DNA from: Dehalococcoidia bacterium
GTDB taxonomy: Bacteria > Chloroflexota > Dehalococcoidia > UBA2979
Direction: 5' to 3'
Assembly: GCA_963667465.2 (NCBI GenBank)
Contig: CAXXDN010000002.1
Span: forward strand, 1,376,001 to 1,440,000
DNA length: 64,000 bases
This document shows, one piece after another, positions 57,441-64,000 of the stretch. The position numbers were made by a program, and so were the translations under genes. The notes below the pieces were generated by a model. It was not told the origin of the DNA, did no database searches, and saw only the letters and a program-made list of their open reading frames with translations. Positions within the stretch are counted from its first letter, which is position 1. The number at the start of each line of letters is the position of its first letter.

Positions 57441-58468
57441 GACGCCGCCTCCGGCGCGAGCGCGGCGAGGCGCAGCAGGTCGGCGGCGAAGCCCGAGGCG
57501 GGCGCGGGCCGTCCGCCGATCGCCTCGGCCATGCGGTCGTAGCGGCCACCCAGCAGGCAGGCCTCGTTCCCCGCGAGGACGCGGAAGGTGAGGCCTGTGT
57601 AGTACTCGAAGCTGCCCCCGGCCGCCGGCGCCAGGTCGCAGGCAACCCCCGCTTCCTCGAGCGTGCTCACTGCTGCGCGGAGTTCCGCGATCGGCTGTGC
57701 CGCCTCCGGCAGCGCCGCCTCGACGTTGTCGAGGTAGCCCCCGGCCCCGCCGCGAATCTCCAGCAGCAGGCGCAGGCCGGTCGCCCGCTCCGGGCTCGCG
57801 GCCGCGAGCTCGCCGGCCACGGCCTCGACGGCGTCCTCGCCGCCCTCGATCACGCGGTCGAGCGCCTCGATCTGCCCGGCCGGGTCGAGCCCGGTCGCCG
57901 CCAGCGCAGCGCGCAACAGCCCGGCGTGGGCGAGCTCGAAGCGCAGCTCGCCAAGTCCGAGGGCGCTCAACAGCTCGCGCGCGAGGCCCAGCAGCTCCAC
58001 GTCGCCCTCGGGGGCGGCGAGACCGAACAGCTCCACGCCGCACTGCCACAGCTCGCGCTCGCCGTCCCCGGCGTCGAAGCGGTAGACGGGCTGCACGTAG
58101 CTCAGCCGCGCGGGCTCGCCCACGGAGGCGCCGGCCTGGCTCTCAAACCAGCGGACCGCCGGCAGTGTGCTGTCCGGCCGCAGCACCATCCGCTCGCCGC
58201 TCCAGCCGTCCCAGTCGAGGAAGGAGTAGACGCGGTCCAGCAACTGCGGCGAGAGCGCCCCGGCGCTGGTGAAGAGGTGCAGCGGCTCCACGGTGGGCGT
58301 ACGGATCTCCTGGTAGCCGGCCGCGGAGGTCACCTCGAGGAAGCGCGCCTCGGCGCGCCGGAAGCGGCGCATCTGGTCCGGTCCGATGTCGTGCATGCCG
58401 CGGCTGCGGAGGCCCTCGGTGCGGCCGGCGGAGGCGGGGTTGCTGGCTTCTGTTTCGGGTTCGGTCAC
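57437..58468 (-). CDS. hisZ: ATP phosphoribosyltransferase regulatory subunit
   Basis: HisRS-like GY.EIRTP, VLRPDST, QCGVELFG, EYYTG..F, GGRYD; no anticodon domain; overlaps hisG. Confidence 0.92.
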   Translation of the reverse strand: MTEPETEASNPASAGRTEGLRSRGMHDIGPDQMRRFRRAEARFLEVTSAAGYQEIRTPTVEPLHLFTSAGALSPQLLDRVYSFLDWDGWSGERMVLRPDSTLPAVRWFESQAGASVGEPARLSYVQPVYRFDAGDGERELWQCGVELFGLAAPEGDVELLGLARELLSALGLGELRFELAHAGLLRAALAATGLDPAGQIEALDRVIEGGEDAVEAVAGELAAASPERATGLRLLLEIRGGAGGYLDNVEAALPEAAQPIAELRAAVSTLEEAGVACDLAPAAGGSFEYYTGLTFRVLAGNEACLLGGRYDRMAEAIGGRPAPASGFAADLLRLAALAPEAAS

Positions 58469-58542
58469 GCTCGTCTCACTCTCACGGTTCGTGCTGGTGG
58501 TCCGGTTTCGTGGGGAGCCGGGACGGCGACGCCTGTCTGCTC

Positions 58543-58578
58543 ACACAGAAACGCCGCGACGGGGTTCCGCCGCGGCGT
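58543..58578 (-). terminator. attenuator terminator hairpin of the his leader
   Basis: Minus strand acgccgcggcgg-aacc-ccgtcgcggcgt followed by ttctgtgt. Confidence 0.65.
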
Positions 58579-58600
58579 GTCACTGGCATCAGCGTTCCGG

Positions 58601-58693
58601 CTATCGATGCAAGCGGCTTCGCGGCGGCGACTCCTCGCCCCGATGGCTATGCGCATGCGCGCGCCCGCCGCTGATCTCGTACGTACGCATCAT
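58601..58693 (-). CDS. hisL: his operon leader peptide
   Basis: MMRTYEISGGRAHAHSHRGEESPPRSRLHR*, four His all encoded by CAT, between a promoter and a terminator upstream of hisZ. Confidence 0.7.
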   Translation of the reverse strand: MMRTYEISGGRAHAHSHRGEESPPRSRLHR

Positions 58694-58697
58694 GCTG

Positions 58698-58726
58698 ATC
58701 GTAGGAGCACCGCCCTGCGAGGGCAA
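58698..58726 (-). promoter_or_regulatory. sigma70-type promoter of the his operon
   Basis: TTGCCC-N17-TACGAT, 4 to 7 nt before the leader ATGs. Confidence 0.65.
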
Positions 58727-58765
58727 GCGCGGCGCGTTCATGCCCTGGCGGAAACGCCGCCTGGG

Positions 58766-59011
58766 CTAGGCGAAAATCGGGAACGAATGTCCACTCTCGC
58801 CGATCAGTTGCTCCACCTGCTGAGCGAAAGGCATGTCGCTCAAGTCGATCCCGGTGCTCGCACCGATGAACTCAACACCGAGGACTCCTCCATCGGCGGA
58901 GTAGTCGAGGATTCGAAGGTCGTCAAGGAACGCCTGGCTCGCCGGGGACTCGCCATCCCGCAACCGCACGTACAGGATGTCCCCTTCGTGATCGTAGGTC
59001 GCCTCCGGCAT
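58766..59011 (-). CDS. DUF2283 family protein
   Basis: YDHEGDILYVRL...LDYSADG.VLGVEFIGAS. Confidence 0.85.
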   Translation of the reverse strand: MPEATYDHEGDILYVRLRDGESPASQAFLDDLRILDYSADGGVLGVEFIGASTGIDLSDMPFAQQVEQLIGESGHSFPIFA

Positions 59012-59012
59012 G

Positions 59013-59261
59013 TCAGTTCTCCCAGGCCGCCGTCGTCACGAGGGGCGGGTCCGAATCCCGCTCGACATAGACGCGGAGGTCGCGTCCATTCCACTCTCCA
59101 ATATAGATCACCGCTGGCCTCGCCCCCGGACGGGGTCCCGCCGGACGGCTAGTGTGGTAATGCTCCAGGACCGCGTCAACTGCCCGAACGGGTATGCCCC
59201 GCTCTTGCATGCGCCAGCGCGCATGGGAGTTGATCCGCCTACGAGCAGCCCCTTCCGCCAA
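59013..59261 (-). CDS. DUF4258 family protein (RelE-like fold, putative toxin)
   Basis: SHARWRMQERGI...LRVYV...VTT; start uncertain; paired with DUF2283. Confidence 0.72.
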   Translation of the reverse strand: MAEGAARRRINSHARWRMQERGIPVRAVDAVLEHYHTSRPAGPRPGARPAVIYIGEWNGRDLRVYVERDSDPPLVTTAAWEN

Positions 59262-59455
59262 CGTGGAACGTACCGCCTAGCTGTAGTTCCCACGTAGGTT
59301 GTTGCAGGTGAGGGGCCCCGCCCTGTGCCTGGACGGTGGGCACAGCAGGTGCGGGCTTGGCTCGTTCATGGTTGCGGTCTCCCCGTTCTCTATAACGCAA
59401 TCGTACCATGACATGGGGAGAGGGCCGCCGATGCTGCGTGGCCGGGTATCGCCGC

Positions 59456-60268
59456 TCACAGTGTCGTCACGTCACCGGCGGCGAACCTGCGCTCCGAACC
59501 GTCGTCGAGGCGCAGCTTCAGCTCGCCCGTCGCGGTGACGCCAACGGCGACACCTTCGACGGCGTCTCCGCCGGCCTCGGGACCGGCGGGGGCGAGCTGC
59601 ACGGGCCGCCCGATCGTCTCGAGGCGCACGCTCCAGTCGGCGAGGAACGCCGCCGGGTCGCGCTCGATCTGCACGACGCGCCGCTCAAGCGCCCTCGACA
59701 GCTCGGCGAGCAGCGTCTCGGCGTCCGGCGGCGTAACGCCCGCGCCCTCGATGCTCGTCGCGCGCGCCCGCTCGTCGGGCGGCAGTCCTGCTGTCGCAGC
59801 CTCGCGCAGGTTCACGCCGATACCGAGGAACACCTCGACGTTCCCGCGCGCGGACCGCGCGTCGGCGAGGATGCCCGCCAGCTTGCGGCCCCCGGCCAGT
59901 ACGTCGTTCGGCCACTTGAGCGTCACGCCGAGGCCGCAAGCCGCCTCGACCGCCTCGGCGGTGGCGAGGCCGCCGGCGGCGCTGAGCAGCGGCGTGTGCG
60001 GTCCGGCGGCGGGGCAGAGGTGGAAGGTGACGAGCAGCGCGGCGCCAGGCGCCGCAACCCAGCGCCGCCCGAAACGCCCTCGGCCGGCGGTCTGCTCGCC
60101 CGCGAGGTAGGCGTCGCCGCATCCCGCCGTGCCGCGCCCGTCCGCGCCCGCACGCGCGTCGTCCATCGTCGAGGTCGTAGCGGCGACGGCGTGGACCCGC
60201 GCGCCGATGCGCCCGCCGCCGCGCAGCGCGGCAAAGCGCTCGTAATCGAAAGCTGCGTCGGCCACCAT
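59456..60268 (-). CDS. birA: biotin-protein ligase, no HTH domain
   Basis: STMD, EQTAGRGRFGRRW, KWPNDV, KLAGIL, GIGVN, AGDV. Confidence 0.95.
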   Translation of the reverse strand: MVADAAFDYERFAALRGGGRIGARVHAVAATTSTMDDARAGADGRGTAGCGDAYLAGEQTAGRGRFGRRWVAAPGAALLVTFHLCPAAGPHTPLLSAAGGLATAEAVEAACGLGVTLKWPNDVLAGGRKLAGILADARSARGNVEVFLGIGVNLREAATAGLPPDERARATSIEGAGVTPPDAETLLAELSRALERRVVQIERDPAAFLADWSVRLETIGRPVQLAPAGPEAGGDAVEGVAVGVTATGELKLRLDDGSERRFAAGDVTTL

Positions 60269-60288
60269 CAGCGGAACCTCCCGGACGC

Positions 60289-60319
60289 AGAACACCCCGG
60301 CCGATGGCCGGGGTGTTCT
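60289..60319. terminator. perfect 14-bp stem hairpin
   Basis: agaacaccccggcc-gat-ggccggggtgttct. Confidence 0.75.
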
Positions 60320-60341
60320 TCTCAGTCACACGGGCCCAGGA

Positions 60342-60413
60342 TCAGCCCGCAGACACCTCCGTGGAGATGTCCCACCGGTGGTCCTCGACCTCGTGACTAC
60401 GTTCATCATCCAT
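60342..60413 (-). CDS. small 23-aa acidic peptide, function unknown
   Basis: AAGGAGGTGA-N7-ATG; MDDERSHEVEDHRWDISTEVSAG*; promoter upstream and hairpin downstream. Confidence 0.65.
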   Translation of the reverse strand: MDDERSHEVEDHRWDISTEVSAG

Positions 60414-60441
60414 GTGGGCATCACCTCCTTCCTCGTGAACG

Positions 60442-60471
60442 ACGATAGGGCTGCGGCTTCGCAACCGTCAA
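60442..60471 (-). promoter_or_regulatory. sigma70-type promoter for the small peptide gene
   Basis: TTGACG-N18-TATCGT. Confidence 0.55.
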
Positions 60472-61904
60472 TCGGCGGGCGGCGCGGGCTGCTCCACCCG
60501 CTCTGACTCCCCGGCCGTCCGTTCGCCGAGCGTGTAGCCGCGGAAGGAGAGGAAGCCGATGAACACCAGCACCCCTGCGACCGGGCCGACGAGCCGCACG
60601 CCCAGCGGGTCGCTCGCGCTGTCGCCGGCGAGCAGCACAATCGCGAGCAGCAGCGGCGCGAAGGCCGAGGCGCTCTTCTCCAGCAGGTTCTGCGAGCCGT
60701 AGAACATCCCCTCGCGGCGCGTCGAGGTGCGCTGCGCGTCGTGGTCCACGATGTCGGCGATCAGGATGTTGGGCAGCATCAGGATGCCGGCCAGCGGTAT
60801 CCCGGTGACGAGGATCACCCCCGCCGCCTGCGCCACCCTGGAGATTCCCGGCATGAAGCCAGCGAAGAAGAGCAGGAAGAGCCCTCCCATGCCCCACAGC
60901 ATCGCCGTGCGGAAGGCGTACGCGTTGCCCCTGCGCCTCGCCAGTGGCGTGAAGATCGCGATCCCGATCAGCACGCCGAGGATCACGATGACCGTGAGAG
61001 CAAAGGTGAAGAGGCCCGCGTCGTCGGAGCCGTTGCGGCCGAACACTTCGCTCGTCGAGAGCGCCGCCGAGACGTAGAAGGGGAACAGCGCTGTCAGCAT
61101 CAGCTGGGCGATGCGGAAGAAGATGAAGCTCGGCAGGAACGCGACAAACTGCTTGTTGGAGAACGTCTCGCGGACCGACCGCTTGAAGCCCGGCGTCGAG
61201 GGCTGATCGTCGCTCTTCGCGTGGCTCCAGCACCCGAACAGCGCCGTATAGCGCGTCGCCAGCGCGACGGCGGCCATGATCGCCGCCATCGTCGTGAAGC
61301 CCACGATGTCCACCAGCAGCGAGCTGATCGAGAGCCCGATGAATGCGCCGAAGACCCCGAAACTCAACTGGTACGCCGCCACCGTCACCCGATGCTGGTG
61401 CGACTTCGCGATGTGCGGGAGCAGCGCCTCCAGCGGAGCTCCCGAGATGTTGCTGGACAGCCAGAAGATCTCGAGGATCACGACCAGCCAGAGCAGGTTC
61501 GCGAAGCTCTCGCCAGCAACCGGCGGTGCGAAGAGCAGCGCGAACAGCAGCGCCCACCAGGGCGTCCCCAGCAGGATCCAGGGAATCCGCCGCCCCCAGC
61601 GCGACCTCGTGCGATCGGTCAGGTAGCCAACGACCGGGTCGTCGATCGACTCGACGATGCGTGCGCCGGTCAGCATGAGGCCGAGCACGACGCGCGGCGC
61701 GAGCTCGTCCGGAAACGAGAACCCGCCGATATCGAGACCAGGCAGTCCGATCCCGGGGACACGGGTGGTCAGGTCGTCCCTGTCGGACGGCGGCGCGTAG
61801 AAGAAGATCAGCCACAGCGAGAAGGCCTGCGAGATGACGTTCCCGGAGACGGATCCGCTGGCGTAGAAGACCCTGGTGCGCAGCGGCCGCTCTTCGTCTG
61901 TCAC
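60468..61904 (-). CDS. MFS transporter, GPH/MelB-like
   Basis: DDPVVGYLTDRTRSRWGRRIPW, ADIVDHD...RREGMFYG. Confidence 0.93.
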   Translation of the reverse strand: MTDEERPLRTRVFYASGSVSGNVISQAFSLWLIFFYAPPSDRDDLTTRVPGIGLPGLDIGGFSFPDELAPRVVLGLMLTGARIVESIDDPVVGYLTDRTRSRWGRRIPWILLGTPWWALLFALLFAPPVAGESFANLLWLVVILEIFWLSSNISGAPLEALLPHIAKSHQHRVTVAAYQLSFGVFGAFIGLSISSLLVDIVGFTTMAAIMAAVALATRYTALFGCWSHAKSDDQPSTPGFKRSVRETFSNKQFVAFLPSFIFFRIAQLMLTALFPFYVSAALSTSEVFGRNGSDDAGLFTFALTVIVILGVLIGIAIFTPLARRRGNAYAFRTAMLWGMGGLFLLFFAGFMPGISRVAQAAGVILVTGIPLAGILMLPNILIADIVDHDAQRTSTRREGMFYGSQNLLEKSASAFAPLLLAIVLLAGDSASDPLGVRLVGPVAGVLVFIGFLSFRGYTLGERTAGESERVEQPAPPAD

Positions 61905-61954
61905 GCCGCCCTCCACCCGGCTCGCGCCGGTCCCGGCATGCTACGCGATCGCGC

Positions 61955-62716
61955 TCACGCCTCGCCGTAGACGCCCCGCAGCTCCCGGGGCAACAGCGCC
62001 GTGACGGCGCCCATCACCGCCCGCGCGCCGTCCTCGTCGCTCATTCGCTCCAGCGTGAACGGCTCGCCGAAGGTCGCGAGGAGCGCGCCGTCCTCGTCGT
62101 CGCGGACGGCCACCGGCACCAGCGGCGTGGTTCCCGCAGACAACCACGAGAGCGCCGCGCCGGACCCCGGCCAGGCAGCCGCCAGCTCCGGCCCGGACCC
62201 GCTCGCCGCCTCGGGCGTGATGCCCAGCACCGAGCCCGCACGCACGATCGCGCGCGCCTCGCGCAGCAGCGACGAGCGGGAGCGCACCTCGGCGTCTGGT
62301 CGCGCGACGAGCAGCAGCCCGTAGGCGTCGCCGATCTTGCCGAGCAGCCACGCCATCAGCCGGTCCGGCATCGGCAAACCAGCGAAGCGGAAGCCCTCGA
62401 AGCGGTCGGTGATCAGCCAGTGCAGAGGCGGATCGCCCCCGCGATGGCTCTCGAGCGCGGCGCCGACCAGCGCCGCGCACCACCAGACGCGCAGGCCCGG
62501 ACGCTCGTAGTGGTTCATCACCACGATGCACGGGCCCTCGACGGGCACGCGCTCGAGGCCCACGACGCGCGGGCGCGGCTGCGCGCCCCGCAGCAGCTCG
62601 CGTGAGTCCGGCCCGAGCCGCCGGCGGCGGCGCAGCACGGCGACGCTGAACAGCCAGCGCACGATGTAGCCGAGGCTGAAGTTGTACGACTGCGCGGTGG
62701 ACAGGTCGCGGTCCAT
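61955..62716 (-). CDS. PlsC-like acyltransferase
   Basis: VVGLERVP.EGP.IVVMNH, GITPE, PLVPVAV, FGEPF. Confidence 0.75.
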   Translation of the reverse strand: MDRDLSTAQSYNFSLGYIVRWLFSVAVLRRRRRLGPDSRELLRGAQPRPRVVGLERVPVEGPCIVVMNHYERPGLRVWWCAALVGAALESHRGGDPPLHWLITDRFEGFRFAGLPMPDRLMAWLLGKIGDAYGLLLVARPDAEVRSRSSLLREARAIVRAGSVLGITPEAASGSGPELAAAWPGSGAALSWLSAGTTPLVPVAVRDDEDGALLATFGEPFTLERMSDEDGARAVMGAVTALLPRELRGVYGEA

Positions 62717-62727
62717 CGGCTCGGCCC

Positions 62728-64000
62728 CTACGCGCCCTCCGCCGCAACGCCCGAGGCGACAAGCGCGTCGATCTCGTGCTCGGGCAGGCCGAACTCGCGC
62801 AGCAGTTCGCGCGTGTGGCGGCCGACCGGCGGGGCGGCGGCGCGGGCCTTCGCCGGCGTCTCCGAGAGCTCGATGATCGGGCCGACGACGCGCTGCGGGC
62901 CAGTCACTTCGTGTTCGAGGTCCGCCATGATGCCCTCGGCGGCGACCTGCGGGTCGTCGGACATTTCCTCCGGCAGGTTGACCGGCGAGACCGGCGTGCC
63001 CGCCGCCTCGAACGCCTCGACCCACTCGGCGACCGTGCGCTCGGCGATGCGATCGCGGATCACCTGCTTCCAGCGATCGGCCGCGGCGAGGTTGACCGGG
63101 TCGAGGGCGTCGTAGTCCGGGTCGTCGCAGTTCTCGCCCTCGAGGCCGAGCACCTCGCGCATCGCGTCGCGGTTCGCCTTGGTGAGCGCACCGAGGACGA
63201 CGCCGCCGTCCTTCGCCTGGTAGCCGTTGTAGTAGAGCGCGAACTGCGTCCCCAGCTCGCGGCCGGCCATGCGGATCTCGATCACTTCGCGGTAGTCGGC
63301 GCCCCGTGCGCGCGCCTCGTCGATCTTCGCCATCGTCGTGTCGCGCACGACGCTGTCCGACACCGGCTCGCGCATCGTGATGTGGCCCTGCCCGTACATC
63401 GCCGAGCGCAGCAGCGAGCCGGAGACCTTCTGGCCCTCGCCGGTTCGCTGGCGGTGGTAGAGGGCCGTGGCCACGCCCATCGCGGTGGCGATGCCGGTCA
63501 TGTAGTCGGCCCAGGCGCCGGCCTTGAGCGCCAGCGGCTCGCCGCCCGCGCCCACCTTGCCCTCGCCCGCCATCAACCCCGAGTAGGCCTGCGCGACGAT
63601 GTCCGAGGCCGGGAACCCGGCGAGCCGCCCGCGCGTCCCAAAGCCCGTGCTCTCCACGTAGATCAGGTCCGGGCGGATCGCCCGCAACGTCTCGTAGTCG
63701 ATGCCGAGGCGCTTCGCCACGCCGAGCCGGTAGTTCACGACGACTACGTCCGTCTGCGGCACGAGCCGGTGAATCAGCGCCCGCCCCTCCTCGCGGCCGA
63801 GGTCGACGACGAGGCTGCGCTTGCCACGGTTGAAGTTCTGGAAGAGCTTGCCCTCGTTCGGCACGACCGCGCGGTTGCGGCGGTGCGGCTCGCCGCCGGG
63901 CGGCTCCACCTTCACCACGTCCGCCCCGAGGTCGCCGAGGATCACGCCGCAGACGGGCCCGGCGACCACCACCGAGAACTCGAGCACCCGGATCCCATCA
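62728..64000 (-). CDS. CaiB/BaiF family III CoA-transferase, 5' end outside the window
   Basis: GIRVLEFS..AGP, LGDLGADVVKVEPP, NRGKRS, GFG, APPVG.HT; frame open to the window edge. Confidence 0.93.
   Translation of the reverse strand, partial: DGIRVLEFSVVVAGPVCGVILGDLGADVVKVEPPGGEPHRRNRAVVPNEGKLFQNFNRGKRSLVVDLGREEGRALIHRLVPQTDVVVVNYRLGVAKRLGIDYETLRAIRPDLIYVESTGFGTRGRLAGFPASDIVAQAYSGLMAGEGKVGAGGEPLALKAGAWADYMTGIATAMGVATALYHRQRTGEGQKVSGSLLRSAMYGQGHITMREPVSDSVVRDTTMAKIDEARARGADYREVIEIRMAGRELGTQFALYYNGYQAKDGGVVLGALTKANRDAMREVLGLEGENCDDPDYDALDPVNLAAADRWKQVIRDRIAERTVAEWVEAFEAAGTPVSPVNLPEEMSDDPQVAAEGIMADLEHEVTGPQRVVGPIIELSETPAKARAAAPPVGRHTRELLREFGLPEHEIDALVASGVAAEGA

Noticed and set aside
58469-58760. 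T-box riboswitch upstream of the his operon
   Set aside because: No TGGNACC T-box consensus was found. The leader-peptide model fits better.
60326-60422. Alternative frame MPTWMMNVV... for the small gene
   Set aside because: Its ATG overlaps the SD sequence. The ATG at 60413 has optimal spacing.

Overview
A 64-kb stretch of very GC-rich bacterial chromosome (about 70% GC or more, estimated by eye). The gene content points to Chloroflexota, class Dehalococcoidia; this is an inference from cofC/cofD plus several F420 enzymes, expanded SDR and crotonase paralogs, DUF3090 and a double-domain HisG. In order, the window holds rplU-rpmA-rpmE, dedA, ftsH, a small decayed island with higBA, a branched-chain acyl-CoA/F420 gene run, many catabolic oxidoreductases and hydrolases, ilvD, murB, two large divergent repeat-built surface proteins, amt, a heavily rewired histidine operon, birA, an MFS transporter, an acyltransferase and a CoA-transferase cut by the window edge. 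I saw no rRNA, tRNA, CRISPR array or transposase. The most notable signals are these. (1) The his operon has a His-rich leaderless leader peptide with an attenuator fold, a tandem HisG, an inserted Zn-phospholipase-C-like gene, an HTH-HisB fusion preceded by an operator-like palindrome, a DNA methyltransferase and an MTase-like-HisN fusion. (2) Two genes, including rplU, appear to start at ATC. (3) A self-contained 23-aa peptide gene lies before birA. (4) An orphan restriction-modification controller (C) protein keeps its C-boxes. All family assignments come from reading motifs, not from database searches.
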